Notes: generated from the sequence alone by a model not told the origin. A stretch of 63,621 nt of DNA, filler included, from Chiloscyllium plagiosum (GCF_004010195.1; 4 parts of one record of this genome joined end to end with filler, not necessarily neighbours in it); one strand, 5' to 3'. Numbered from the whole stretch's first letter, positions 1 to 12,737 are shown. Program-made: numbers and translations.

Positions 1-570
1 TATTCCTTGCCTCACTGTCACATGGCACCGGCAACAACCCAGAGATGATGACTCTGTCTGTCCTAGGTTTTAGCTTCCAGACTAACTCCCTGAGCTCTTG
101 AATGACCTCCCCACCCCTCTTCCTACCTATGTCGTTGGTGCCAACGTGCACCACGACTTCTGGCTGCACACCCTCCCCCTTAAGGATTCTGAAGACACGG
201 TCTGAGACGTCTCGCCTGTCCATCCCTCTAAATAGAGAGTCTCCTATAACTAGCGCTCTCCTCCTCTCCCCCTTTCCCTTCTGAGTCTCAGAGCCAGACC
301 TCGCGCCACAGACCCGGTCACTGCAGCTTACCCCTGCTAGGCTATCCCCCCAACGGTATCCAAAGCGGTATACCTATTGTTTAGGGGAATGACTACAGGG
401 GATCCCTGCACTGCCTGCTTCCTCCCCTTCCCACCTCTAACTGTTACCCAGCTACCTCTGTTCTCTGGCGTAGCTATGTCCCTGTAGCTTCTATCTATCA
501 CCCTCTCAGCCTCTCGAATAATCCTCAGTTCATCCAACTCCAGTTCCAGCTCCATATACGAATGATCTAT
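1..570 (-). mobile_element. CR1 LINE ORF1 (SGNH esterase-like) fragment
   Basis: Minus strand reads VVHVGTNDIGRK...VIISGLLPVP and VVIPLNNRYTALDTVGG (ORF 337..576), the same motifs seen in the ORF1 copies at 32.6-33.5 kb and 56.8 kb. Confidence 0.85.
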
Positions 571-724
571 ATCCAAAATATTATCATCTCATTGATGTCA
601 GAATGTTATTGAATGCCATACCATCACAAGAGCCATTATACTTTTGTATTTCATTGTTTGTTACCACTACTGTAGAATTTTCCACCTTTACAAGTATGTG
701 ATACTGGATTTGAGGGAGCCTGCT

Positions 725-1437
725 GTGCTGCTGAACAAAGGGACATTGGAGTGCAGGTTTATAGTTCCTTGTAAGTGAAGTTGCAGGTAGATAGGGTATG
801 CTTATCTTTATTGGTCAATGCATTGAGTTCAGGAGTTGGGAGGTCATGTTGTGGCTGTACAGTTCACCGGTTAGGCCACTTTTGGAACATTATGTGCAGT
901 TCTGGTCTCCCTATCATAAGAAGGATGTTGGGAAACCTGAAAGGGTTCAGAAAATACCTGCAAAGGCGTTGTCAGCTTTGGGGGGTTTGAACTATCAGAA
1001 GAGGCTGAATAGCTTGGGGGGATTTTCGCTGGAGCATCGGAGTCTGAAGGGTGACCTCATAGAGCTTTATAAAATTATGAGGGGCATGGATAGGGGCGAG
1101 TAGCCAAGGTCTTTTTCCTGGAGTGGGGGAGTCCAAGATTAGAGGGCATAGAATTAAGGTGAGTGGGGCAAGATTTAAAAGGGATGTAAGGGGCAATATT
1201 TTCATATAGAGGATTCTGCATTTATGGAATGAGCTGCCGGGGAACTGGTGGAGCCTGATACAATTCCAACATTTAAAAGGCATCTGCACATGTAGATGAG
1301 TAGGAAAGGTTTACAAGGATATGGGCCAAGTGCTGGTAAATAGGACTAAATTTATATAGGATATCTGGTTGGCATGGACAAGTTGGACAGAAGTGTCTGT
1401 TTCTGTGCTTTATATCCTACGGCTCTATGACTCTATA
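725..1437 (+). mobile_element. CR1 LINE 3' end (ORF2 C-terminus, 3' UTR, tail)
   Basis: VRPLLEHYVQFWSPYHKKDV...LKGDLIELYKIMRGMDR; ends in a ctctatgactctata tail. Confidence 0.92.
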
Positions 1438-1559
1438 ACTTATCCTCCATTGTGTTTCCTTTGTTTTGGGCCGATGAAGTCATTAGTGGTAGAGAATACA
1501 GAACCATAGAATGCTAACAGAAGAGGCACTGTTCTAAGATATCAAGAAGGTTTATTGCT

Positions 1560-2400
1560 TATTAGCAATAAGTACAATTGTGTTTGATCAGTAATTTTTG
1601 ATTACTGAGAGCACAGGGGAGCTGGTACAGATACATCTGATCCCTCCAAAATCTTGAGTGGAACTCTTTGTCGAAATGTAGTGACTTTGTATGATCTCAG
1701 TGAAATGGTGGATCAAATATAACTGCAACATCTTCAGAACCATTACCTTGTACAACTTGTGTGTATGTCCATTGCAAGGCAAGGAACATCATTGAGGCTT
1801 GTAAATCCATGACCAACAGTCCCTCCAACCAACTTGGGACTTTTCACATGAATCATTAGTAATACCCAAAGCTATGAAGTATCTTGGAATGCTAGTGAAG
1901 AGTATATGAAAGAGAATTTGAATGCATTGCAAAGAATAATAACAAAAGATGGCAGATGTGCCAAAAAAAGTGAGATTTAGGTGTACGACGGAAATGTTTT
2001 GTTGAAGAGTAGAAAGTGGATGTTAAGTAGACAATGGAACAGAGGCCGTAAAATAATAGCAAGGTGTCTGATAGAGAGATGATTTCCATCATGTATTCTC
2101 AATAAAGCACATTTTCTGAAGGAAACAAAGGATAACTTTCTCAAGAGTTAATAATGCCAAGAGAAACTGAGGTCAATAGACAAGAAATGATCGATTTATC
2201 CTTTCAGGGAAAAGGCAAATCAGTTGGATTGAGCGTGAACTGAGATCATCAGAGAGGTGGAAGTAAACTGAATGTGAGGAAAGAAGCCAAGAGGGAGCAA
2301 AAGAATGATGCTTTTGAATCCATGGATGAAAAGGTGATCATGGGGAGAATTGAAGAAAAAAAAAATGAAAGGCTTAGAGAAAGAAAATTGGTCTGAAACC
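1560..2400 (-). mobile_element. Highly decayed RTE-like LINE RT fossil (tentative)
   Basis: Minus-strand remnants HKLYKVMVL and FLSIDL resemble RTE-clade KLKVYRAVVL and FIDLTKAFD; many stops and frameshifts. Confidence 0.3.
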
Positions 2401-2425
2401 TGTATAAGGCAGATCAATAATGATG

Positions 2426-2518
2426 GGAGCTGAAAATGTGTTGCTGGAAAAGCGCAGCAGGTAAGGCAGCATCCAAGGAACAGGAGAATCGACGTTTCGG
2501 GCATAAGCCCTTCTTCAG
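2426..2518 (-). mobile_element. Short PLE-derived terminal insert with hammerhead-like core
   Basis: Minus strand ctgaagaagggcttatgcccgaaacgtc (2491-2518); direct repeat cagatcaataatgatg at 2410-2425 and 2516-2531. Confidence 0.85.
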
Positions 2519-4199
2519 ATCAATAATGATGACAGGGTGGATATTTTATCTCATATATCTGTGCTGGCAGTCTGAAGATGCTATTCATGTAACCTCATTC
2601 TCCTACAGTTCTACTTTTATTCTCTTTTCAAATATTTATTGATTTTCTTTTCAAGTGCTATTATGAATTCCTCTCTCTCCAGCATTTTGGGGTTAAGTGA
2701 CATCATTTAGGTCCGTGCCATTTCTGCCTCTGCTCACCCTCTATCACCAGTTACTGGTTTTATCAACTACCTGTACATGCTATAAGCAGTCACTAAAAGC
2801 AATTGTTAAAGCAGTCTTCAACTACTGTCAAATCAAGGGCTGTTAAAGTGATGTCTTCCAAACAGTCTTTCCGGTTTCCCATCTTCAATATGAATGCAAT
2901 CTCATGGGCAAGCTTCTGCATTGAATGCCTGTTATTTGCACAATAAAGCTTCTTTGTGTCTCCCATGCTTTGCACTCAAATTAGAGTATCCCCTCTGCAA
3001 ATTGATAAGCTGCTTCTAGAGAACATGCTGGCAACTCACTGACTGTATTTGAATGAGTGCCAACCACAAAAAAGACCAAATTCAGTGCTGTATGTTCATC
3101 ATGCACATGCTGGCCATTACGCACCAGATGCACCTATAGGTACATAATAGCCTTCTATACAGAATTTCATCACATTCCTTTTTGAAGTGTAGCTGTATTC
3201 CTGCGTTGTATTCCTCTTTTGAATTCCAGCAAATGCTATTGTTTGTTATCTTATCCTTTGTACTGACTCCATCTCCTTTTGAATTGTTTAATTCTTGTGA
3301 ACCAGTCTTGTGATAAACCTGAGGTAAAGTATTCATTTGGTAAAGTATTTCATTATCCTGAATGAGATGATGTTTTTGTCTCCAGATGGTCTTACCGATT
3401 ATTAGCTTTTTTTTTTAGCATATTCTGCATTTACAAGATCTTTCACTATTTCCTTTTATATTTTCAGCCAAGCTTTCTTCAAACCCTTCATAATCCTTTA
3501 ATCTCCCTTTTAACTTTTTCCTCTTCATCCGCTGCACTTAATTTTCTTTTCCTTAAGTACTGCCAGATTTGGCTTGTGTCTTTTAGCCTGATTTGAAATT
3601 TAAATTCTCCACTCATCTGGAGAAGTCAATTCTGTTGCATTGCAATTACATGTGGGAGCCTGGACCATGTTGAATATATTCTCCTGTTTGAATATATTTC
3701 ATTGTTCATCTACTGTTTTATCTGCCAATTTCTCATTCCAATTTGTTTTTTTTTTAGAAGTTCCCTTTTTATCTTACTAAATTTACTTTTGTTTCATGTT
3801 GTGTACTTTTATCTTTGAATGTTCTTCCTCCCTTTGAATTTTTAGATTGAATCAAATGATCGGCTGGAGTTGGAATGAATAAAAATGTAGAGACGGAGGG
3901 GCCTAGACTTGTTCACCCAGGAATGGGAATGCATATAATTGTTTGCAACATGACAACATTGTGCTAGATATTTTATTTCAATTATAACAGATTCCAGCCA
4001 ACTCTATCAATGCTGTTGGTTGGCAAGACAACTGAGCAGGAGGTCAGTACAGTGAGTGCCTTGAAGAATTAAAGCAAGTCATGAGATAGGCTACACCTCT
4101 TAAAGAAGAGCTGCATTGTGGCTGGTGCAGACTCTGTGTGAGAGATGAACCAGACCTGGGAAACATTGAATAATTACACAAGATGGGAAAGAGTTTTTT

Positions 4200-4755
4200 T
4201 TTAGATTAGATTCCCTGCAGTGTGGAAACAAACCCTTTGGCCCTACAAGTCCACACTGACCCTCCGGAGTAACCCACCCTGACCCATTTCCCTCTGACTA
4301 ATGCACCTAACACTGTGCTGGAAATGTGTTGCTGGAAAAGCGCAGCAGGTCAGGCAGCATCCAGGGAACAGGAGAATCGACGTTTCGGGCATAAGCCCTT
4401 CTTCAGGAAGCCCTTCTTCGGGCTTATGCCCGATAGGTCGATTCTCCTGTTCCCTGGATGCTGCCTGACCTGCTGCGCTTTTCCAGCAACACATTTCCAG
4501 CTCTGATCTCCAGCATCTGCAGACCTCACTTTCTCCACCTAACACTGTGGACCATTTAGAATGGCCAGTTCACCGAATCTGCACATCTTTGGTTTGTGGA
4601 AGGAAACTGGAGCAGCCGGAGGAAACCCACACAGATGCGGGGAGAATGTGCATTCCCATTCCTGGGTGACCCAGACAGTCACCCAAGGCTGGATAGAACC
4701 TGTGTCCCTGGTGCTGTGAGGCAGCAGTGCTAACCACTGAGCCACAGTGCTGCCC
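4200..4755 (-). mobile_element. HE1-like tRNA-derived V-SINE, interrupted by a PLE fold-back insert
   Basis: Minus-strand head gtggctcagtggttagcactgctgcctcacagc, V-domain core, (ctaat)n tail. Confidence 0.9.
4318..4536. mobile_element. PLE-derived fold-back mini-element with 14-bp TSD
   Basis: ~80-bp inverted arms (4317-4400 vs 4420-4501); TSD cacctaacactgtg at 4304-4317 and 4536-4549. Confidence 0.9.
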
Positions 4756-5340
4756 CTACATTTTCAGATCCAGGACTGGAGGCTTTGCTGGAGGAGGGGT
4801 AAAGAGAAGAGATGTCCTGTCCCCATCATGAGCCAGAGACCTTCAGGATACATGCTCTGAAGACAGTGGGAGCACAGCCCTGACAAAAGAATCAAGACTC
4901 AAGGAGCTGAATTCAATGTTGTAAGCAGTCCATTGACCTCAAGTGGCCAATATCAATGAGCACATCTTCAAATGCTATAACCTAACCCCTGCACTACAAG
5001 CCTCAGCCATTGATGAAACATCATGCCTCATCACTCACTCCCTAACATTTCCCAGGTAATCATGAACTGTCTGTATCCTCACAGATATGCCACAGCTGCA
5101 AACTGCATTGAAAGCACTTTTCATAACTTAAATACAATGCTGTGTACTCAACCATCACCCAAATAGATTGTGTGGTACTCATTGATACTTTCTTGCAAGA
5201 TAAGTGGGCACACCAACAGTAGGCACAGGAGCCAGTCAAAGCTTATATATCATAATTCTGATTGGAGGAGCTGATCCTGGCCATTATTTGACTGATCACT
5301 GCTGATGCTGTGGCTATCAGAAGTCATGAAACCATAAAAC
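4756..5340 (+). pseudogene. Decayed Myb/SANT-like gene remnant, probably from a PIF/Harbinger transposon
   Basis: PTFSDPGLEALLEE*RRDVL...LRRQWE-like remnants across frameshifts, and a later DKWAH segment after an acceptor-like tttcttgcaag. Confidence 0.4.
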
Positions 5341-5990
5341 TAATCTTATATTTAATCAAATTTCTCACATTCCTTCTATCTCTCACCCACACTCTCACCT
5401 AGCTGCACAAGAGGACAATAAGGATGAAGAAACACTTTCACTTGATTTTTACAATGACAGGTACCATCTTAAATTTGATGCTGTGTGGAATTTAAAAGGT
5501 AGGACATCCACGCAGTGAGACACTGTGAGGGCAGTCTATCAGCAGGACCAGGGTCAAGGAAACACAAATGCCAGTTGGAATTCTGCTGCAAAGGAGTCTG
5601 ACTGGCACATCAGTAGGACAGCTTACAGAAGACTAATGATGGGTAACTGCAGCACAATGCTTGGTGCAATGGTTCGTCTGCCAGAAAGCCTGAGGCCAAT
5701 GTGTAAAAGCCAGAAATTCAGTATTTACTTGGTCTAGGACCTTGTGTGGAACCTGGAATCCCATCCTTTGTAACAAAGAAGTTGTGGCTAAGTCCATTTG
5801 TACATCGGGAACCCAGCCACAATGGCACTGCCTAATGGCTGGTATTATTGTTTCGACTGCAGCAGCTTTGGCAGCCAACCAATGCCTGATGACAGCATTG
5901 AAACTTTGGCTTTTGCCATGCAGGGACAAACCACAACCATCGAGGGAATGTCTGGACTATGCTCATATCTTCTAAATCTTTCCTATCCAT

Positions 5991-6235
5991 GTACCCGTGA
6001 AAGGAAGCTTTCACTGTCTCCATACGTACCCGTGAAAGGAGGCTTTCACTGTCTCCATATGTACCTGTGAAAGGAGGCTTTCACTGTCTCCATACGTACT
6101 TGTGAAAGGAGGCTTTCACTGTCTCCATACGTACCTGTGAAAGGAGGCTTTCACTGTCTCCATACGTACCTGTGAAAGGAGGCTTTCACTGTCTCCATAT
6201 GTACCTGTGAAAGGAGGCTTTCACTGTCTCCATAC
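5991..6235. repeat. Minisatellite, 7 x 35 bp
   Basis: Unit gtacc(c/t)gtgaaaggaggctttcactgtctccata(c/t) starting at 5991, 6026, 6061, 6096, 6131, 6166 and 6201. Confidence 0.97.
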
Positions 6236-6512
6236 AGTTTTCTGTGAGTACATGGAGCAGGAACTGGCTACCCTCCCTCAGAAACAGCATTCATTTCGAG
6301 TTCAATCTCCAAGACTCGCAGCTATCTTTTTCTGATGGATGGTTAGCAGCCCTGCACCAGCCATGATGGGGATGACAAGGACAGGCAAAACTGCAGAAGA
6401 TTAACACCCACCAAGCAACTTCACCAGCTGTGAATGACTGACTTTAGTCGGCAGTGCAGAATAATTTTGTTTAAAAATTTGTGTAGCAATGTTGTGGACT
6501 GTTGGCAGAACA

Positions 6513-7205
6513 ATGTTCATTCTCCAAGGTATCTTACAAGAGGCATTGCTAATTGTTCAGTCAAACTAGGTTGAGTAGAAGCTTTTAATGCAAAAACAAA
6601 ACTTCTTTCACACTTGCCACATCATTCATTGTCTATTTTGCAACTTAGTTAACGATAGATAGTTTAAGTTCTGTGTGGATTGTACATCAGAGTTATCAGT
6701 CGTGCTCTTATGGTAGTTTTTGTCACCTAATAGCCACACTTTTATTTTTTGTGGTGATCAAATATTACAGTGGACTATTGGGCAGGACAATAGGTATTGA
6801 CTGGCTTCGTTGTATGGTCATCACCATGGTCATTGATTGTATATTCCTTATACTGTTCTGTAGTTAATGTTGTGACTACAACAAATGGAAGATATCATTT
6901 TCTAAGAGTAAATGTCACACATATTGAACCTCATTGAGGTTCAGTAAGTAAAATTGTATGAGGAACCCCCACACAGTGTCATAGATAATGTTCTCCCCAT
7001 TTATCCTCCTGTCTCTTCCAGCAACTTGTCTGGATCTGTGACATCACTGTTCATTCTCCAAACTATATTCCAAGAGGCATTGCTAATTGCCCAGCTATGT
7101 CTAGCAATAGACAGTTTTAGGAGAAGCCTTTAAGGCAGTGAAAACTCCTTCCACACCCGCCACATCATTCATTGTATATTTTGCAACTTTAGTCAACTAT
7201 CGATG
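6513..7205 (+). repeat. Old ~150-bp dispersed direct repeat pair (~6513-6660 and ~7048-7205)
   Basis: Shared blocks tgttcattctccaa, caagaggcattgctaattg and gccacatcattcattgt(c/a)tattttgcaactt. Confidence 0.8.
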
Positions 7206-9169
7206 GGATCAAGCGCCTACAGAATTGAAGCAAGAGTCCAACAAAGTCAGCTGCAACTAGGCTTTAAGCAGTTGACTACCCCCTTAAAACATAGCATGGA
7301 AGAGTTCTTGCTTCTTCTTCAAAGGTGCAATCTTGAATATTGAGCTTCCAAAATGACAGCGCTAGCAAGTAATTAGCATTGGTACTGATTGATGCCATGT
7401 TCTTCCTGTTCTGCACACATTTACTATATGTGTGTTAGCACTTTGCCACAATGCTTGTCTTGAACCATGGTGCACAGATCACCCAAATAGCTGATGCAGT
7501 ACTCATTGATACATTTTTGCATCAGCCACACCTCACCCCAAAGGTATGCATGTATTTTGCAAATGATATTATGGAGATCTTAGAGCTCTCGAAGACCTTA
7601 AAATGTAGCACTAACTGTCCACATATTATGCTCTGAGAGAGTATTATGGAATACAGTGTAGTGAGTTACTAGAAGAATTGAGTGGAGAGATAAAAAAAAC
7701 AAAGCTTCGAGAAAGAAGATGGTTGAGTGATAAATTATGACTTTAATACTGGCTTTCAATTTAGAGGTAGAAAACAGACTATCAAATCGCTACCACTTCA
7801 TTTTATGCAAACAAAAAGTCAAAATGTTCCCTACCATGTGTGAATGATGTAAGCAACGATCTGACAATGGATTAGCCCAATTCCAGGCTATTTTTTTCAA
7901 TCTGTTACTGCATTCCTCCCATCCAATTGCATCATTAGTTGGATGCAAACACAGTTAAGATTAAATAATTTGAAATCATTAAAGATTTCAAGAGCAGCAA
8001 TTATTCCCTGCAGGGAACCAGGGTTACAAAAAAGCAATTATTTAGACTATTTTGCTTCAGATTTAGTTAAAATGTACTCCATGTAAATTACTCTTGGAGT
8101 TTAAATTACTCTTGTGGCTGATATTTTGAATATTCTGTTACTTTTGTTTTCCACATCAATAGTTCCTAAAGCTATATAGCTATGTAGCTAATTTTCTCTT
8201 CCTAAAACAGAAAGAAATGCCTGTTGTCCTTTGTGGTCTGTAGCTAATTATCTAATTGCCTTTCCTTATTTCATCATTTGTAAATTCCTGCTTTGCAACA
8301 TGTGTTCTTCTTCCCTTTGAAACATAGGGAATTGAAAACAATCTGAATCAATTTTTCTTTACATTTCTTCTTAATGACAAGATTGCACACTGCGAGTTTT
8401 AACAACTTGCATTCACATTGTCCTCCTCATTGAAATAATAGAAAGTTAAAGTTTGTCGCCAAAAGGTTGATTCCAAACAAGAAGTGAAGAAACAAATGTT
8501 CTGGAAGGAAAAGGGAAAACATTTTAAAAGCAATGTTTATCAATAGGGTTTTTTTTCCATGCCAGAAGAGTGCAATAAAAGAATGGCTACAGCATAGAAC
8601 ACCAATTCAGCCCACCCTGCTTACCTCCCATTCTTGTGTTTGCCAAATATCTATTAGCCCTCAGTCCATTTGAATTTAATATCCATTTTTTTGGTTGACA
8701 AGGCATTCACAAGGCATATAAGAGTGCACATAGCATTCAATACTGTCCAGAAATCTTTTAGCTTCATCTGTTTTTGACCAAACTTTCAAAGCCTTCTCAA
8801 TCCCTTCTTTTTCAATTGTGGCTCAACTGATATCTCACCAGTGGCTATTCACTGCTTTTTCTACATATATAAATTATATCTTTACATATTTATTCTGCAA
8901 AACACATAGTATAAATGCAAGGCACATTGATGTTTAGACCATAAGGCCATAAGACATTCGGCCCATCGAGTCCACTCCGCCATTCAATCATGGCTGATGG
9001 GCATTTCAACTCCACTTACCTGCATTCTCCCCATAGCCCTTTAGTTTCTGGTTAACCTTGTTGAGGAAAATTATGTCTGCTCTTCCATATTATATGTTGA
9101 GGTTCAAAGGAGAGAAATGCTTCCTGGAATGAGTCACCATTATAATACCAGAAAATGCGACAGAAATTT

Positions 9170-9582
9170 ATAAAAGTTTATAAAATCATGAGGGGCATAG
9201 ATAAGATGAATAGCAAAGATCTTTTTCCTGGGGTAGGAAAATTCAAAACTAGAGGGCAGAGTTTTAAGGTAGAGGGGAAAGTTTAAAAAGGGACAACTTT
9301 TTCACTCAAAATTTAGTGCATATATGGAATGCACTGCCAGAGTAAATGGTAGAGACAAAGAAACGCCAGATGCTGGAATCCAAGGTAGACATAGTAAATG
9401 GTAGATACAGGTACAATTACAACATTAAAAAGACATTTTGACAGGTACACAATTAAGAAAAGTTTAGAGGGATTTAAGCCAAACATTGGCAACTGCGACT
9501 AGTTTAGTTTAGGTAACCTGGTCAGCATGGGTGCGTTGAACTGAAGGGTTTTGTTTGAGTGCTGTGTGACACTATGACTGTA
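9170..9582 (+). mobile_element. CR1 LINE 3' end containing a 39-bp PLE micro-insert
   Basis: gtttataaaatcatgaggggcatagataag and CR1 3' UTR; insert 9354-9392 flanked by agtaaatggtaga. Confidence 0.85.
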
Positions 9583-10019
9583 TAAACATGTCTGGCATCA
9601 CCTGTGCACAAAAAACAGTGTTAATATTGACTTCTTCAGAACAGTTCTGTTGAGTAGAAATTTGTTTTTATTTCAGATTTTCAACATCTGCAATAGTTTG
9701 TATTAAAATTACTATAGCTTTGTCAACAAATTAATCAATTTAACCTAAGCAAAATCCTAGAAACAGCATTGCAGTAACTGACTAAGCAACAGGGAGGAAT
9801 TTCATTTTCTGGGGCAGGAAGCCAATGTTGCATCCTGCAGTAATATCAATGGCACATAAAGCATGGGTCACACATATACCTTTCAATCCTGAATGCCCTT
9901 GACATACCAGTTTCTTTCCTAATCTATTTTAATAATGTAGTTTGTGGAGTTGATATTGGGAAGATCAACAGTTTATGAAATAATGCTGCAGTATCTTTTA
10001 AGTTCATTTATAAGCAGGT

Positions 10020-10355
10020 AGAATAGAATCCCTACAGTGTGGAGGTAGGCCCTTTGGCCCAACAAATCCACACTAACCCTCCAAAGAGTAACCCACCCAG
10101 ACCCATTCCCCTCTGCTATTGCCCTACATTTACCCCTGACTAATGCACCGAACACACACATCCCTGAACACTATGGGCAATTTAGCATGTCCAATTCACC
10201 TAACCTACACATCTTTGGATTGTGGGAGGAAATCCACACAGACACAGGTCAAAGGTGCAAACTCCACACAGATAGTCATCTGAGGCTGGAACTGAACCCA
10301 GGCTCCTGATGCTTTGAAGCAGCAGTGCTAACCACTGAGCCACCATGTCACCCCT
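10020..10355 (-). mobile_element. HE1-like V-SINE
   Basis: Reverse complement of head tggtggctcagtggttagcactgctgc and V core gtgtggagtttgcac. Confidence 0.9.
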
Positions 10356-10689
10356 GAGTCAAGCCCTCAGTTTAATGTTTTAATTGAATGATTCATGTTT
10401 GATATATTTGATACTGCAGCATTCTGTCAGTATCGTGTTCAGATGCGAGCCTACATTCTGTGGTCAAATCAATACAAAGGAGGTTGGAACTCATGGTTTT
10501 TCTGAATCTGACTAGCGAATACTTCCACTGCAGCTGAGTATATATTTCATTAAGTCAATGAAAAAATGGGATGATTAGTAATATTGAAAATAGAAAAATT
10601 GTGTCAATATTGAATTGCCATTATTCCCTTGTTAGCTCAATTGACTGGATTGTCAGGCAGAGTGATGAGGGTTCAGTTCCCATATAAGC

Positions 10690-11815
10690 TAAGGTCATCT
10701 TGGGGAAGGAATTGGTAGAGGATAATCTCAGGGAAGGAAGTGTTGAACTTCTAAGCCAAGTTACTATAAAAAAGAAAGGGGTGGTGTGCGTCTTACAAAG
10801 AATTAAGTACATAAGTCCCCAGGTCTTGACGGGATCTGTTCCAGAATATTGAGGGAGGCAAGAGAACAAATTGCTGGAGCATTGACAGACATCTTTGTAT
10901 CCTCTTTGGCCACATGTGAGGTCCCAGAGGACTGGAGAATAGCCAAAGTTGTCCATTGTTTAAGGTGGGGGGAGGGGAAATGAGGAACCTGGTGAAGTCC
11001 ACATTCATGCCCTGGGGTTGAAGTGGGAAAAGTGAGGCCTGTAGATGCTGGAAATCAGAGTCTAGATCAGAGTGGTGCCTGAAAATCACAGCAGGTCAGG
11101 CCGCATCCAAGGAGCAGGAAAATCGACGCTTCAGGCAGAAGTCGTTCAGCAGGAATTGTCAGACCAAGCCTGGATATTGTCCAGATCTTGTTGCATTTGA
11201 GCACGGAGTGCTTCAGTATCTGAGGAGTTGCGAATGGTGCTGAACACTGTGCAATCATCAGTGAACATCCCCACTTCTGACCTTATGACAGAGGGCAGGT
11301 CATTGATGAAGGAGCTGAAGATTGTTGGGCCTAGGATGTTGCCTGGTATGGGGGATTTTAGCCATGAAGAAAGATTGACTAGACTGGGTTTGTTTCCGCT
11401 GGAACACAAGAAGTTGAGGGGTGACCTAATAGATGTTTAAAGGATTGTGAATGGCATGGATAGAATGGACAGCATGAGGCATTTTCCCAGGGTGGAGAGG
11501 TGAATTACAAGGGACACAGGTTCAAGTGTGAGAGGGGACATTTAAAAGAGTTGTGTGAGGTAGATTTTTAATACAAAGGATATTGAGTGCCTGGAATGCG
11601 TTGCCCAGAGGAGGTGGTGGAAGCAAACACAGTAGCAGCATTCAAGAAGCACCTGGATGAATATGTGAATAGGAAAGGAATAGGAAAGGAAAGGAATAGG
11701 ATATGAATGGATCCTGTAAGCGAAGACAGCTTTAGTATGAAAGGGCAAAATGTGTCAGCACAGACTTGGAGGGCTGAAGGGCCTGTTCCTGTGCTGAATT
11801 GTTCTTTGTTCTTTG
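10690..11815. mobile_element. Cluster: CR1 ORF2 piece (+), PLE pieces (~10962-11145), CR1/L2-like RT (-, 11150-11335), CR1 3' end (+, 11335-11815)
   Basis: gtcccagaggactggagaatagcc (PEDWRIA); minus-strand LQPQGMNVDF; GPTIFSSFINDLPS...GMFTDDC; KLRGDLIDV and gttctttgttcttt tail. Confidence 0.8.
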
Positions 11816-12605
11816 GACTCACTTTCTCAACCCAGCCCCTCGCTCCAAGAATACATCAGCTACTTCTGCTCTCCTGCCTTTTTCCCCATGGACCTGTATT
11901 TTTTTTTCTCTTCAGGTCTATGGGAAAAAGGCAGGAGAGCAGAACTAGCTGATGTGATCTTTCAGTGAGTGGCCATAAAGCAACTCTGTAGGAACCACAT
12001 GATTCAGTGTGATAATCAGAGATACTGTGGATTCTGTATTCTTCAGAAACATGAAATGAACTGTAAGTTAAATTATTTTCTCTCGTAGATTTCTTGATGC
12101 TGGGTAGATATGACAATGTCATGTTCTGAATGTATCTTATCTTACAAATGTAAATCTGTGGGGGTGGTAAGCATGAAGAAAAAGAAAATAGGCAAGATTC
12201 TATTATTTGTATTTATCAGTGGTAAATATATTACTTTTAGATTGCATGTCTCAAACATCTTTTAGATATAAAACAAATGAATTGTTCTTAGCTGGTTCTG
12301 AAATTTAGATGTTGACCAATAGCCAAGGTAAAGTAGACATAGTCCCAAAGGACCATGGAGAGGACCATGTCTCTCTCATTACAGTGAGATAACTAATGGT
12401 GAATTAAACCTGAGACTCAGGAATCAGGTCTCAGATATTTACAATCAAACTGTTCAACGATGCAATTAAACATCACTAGAGTAGGGTCTTGAACTCAGGG
12501 GTATGGAGACTACCGCTTCACCACAAGTGCCCCTAAGGAATCAGGTTTCAAGCCTATGTGCATGCAGCGTGGAGTCCAAGGTGGGATATTACCACAACAG
12601 AGGTA

Positions 12606-12737
12606 TTCCTGATGAAGAGCTTTTACCTGAAAAGTCGATTTTCCTGCTCCTCAGATGCTGCCTGACCTGCTGTGCTTTTCCAGAACCACTCTAATCCAAA
12701 CTCTGGTTTCCAGCATCTGCAGTCCTCACTTTTGCCT
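12606..12737 (+). mobile_element. PLE-derived terminal insert with degenerate hammerhead-like core
   Basis: ttcctgatgaagagcttttacctgaaaagtcg...ccagcatctgcagtcctcacttttgcc. Confidence 0.8.

Noticed and set aside
2436..4538. Recurrent small ORFs MCCWKSAAG... and MPETSILL... as a peptide gene family
   Set aside because: They are incidental translations of both strands of the PLE terminal repeat, with variable frames and ends.
5991..6235. CRISPR-like array of hairpin-containing 35-bp repeats
   Set aside because: Units are contiguous with no unique spacers, there are no cas genes, and the context is a vertebrate genome.
8625..8860. Minus-strand exon ending at a strong gag|gtaagc donor
   Set aside because: All three frames have stops shortly upstream and no convincing acceptor was found.
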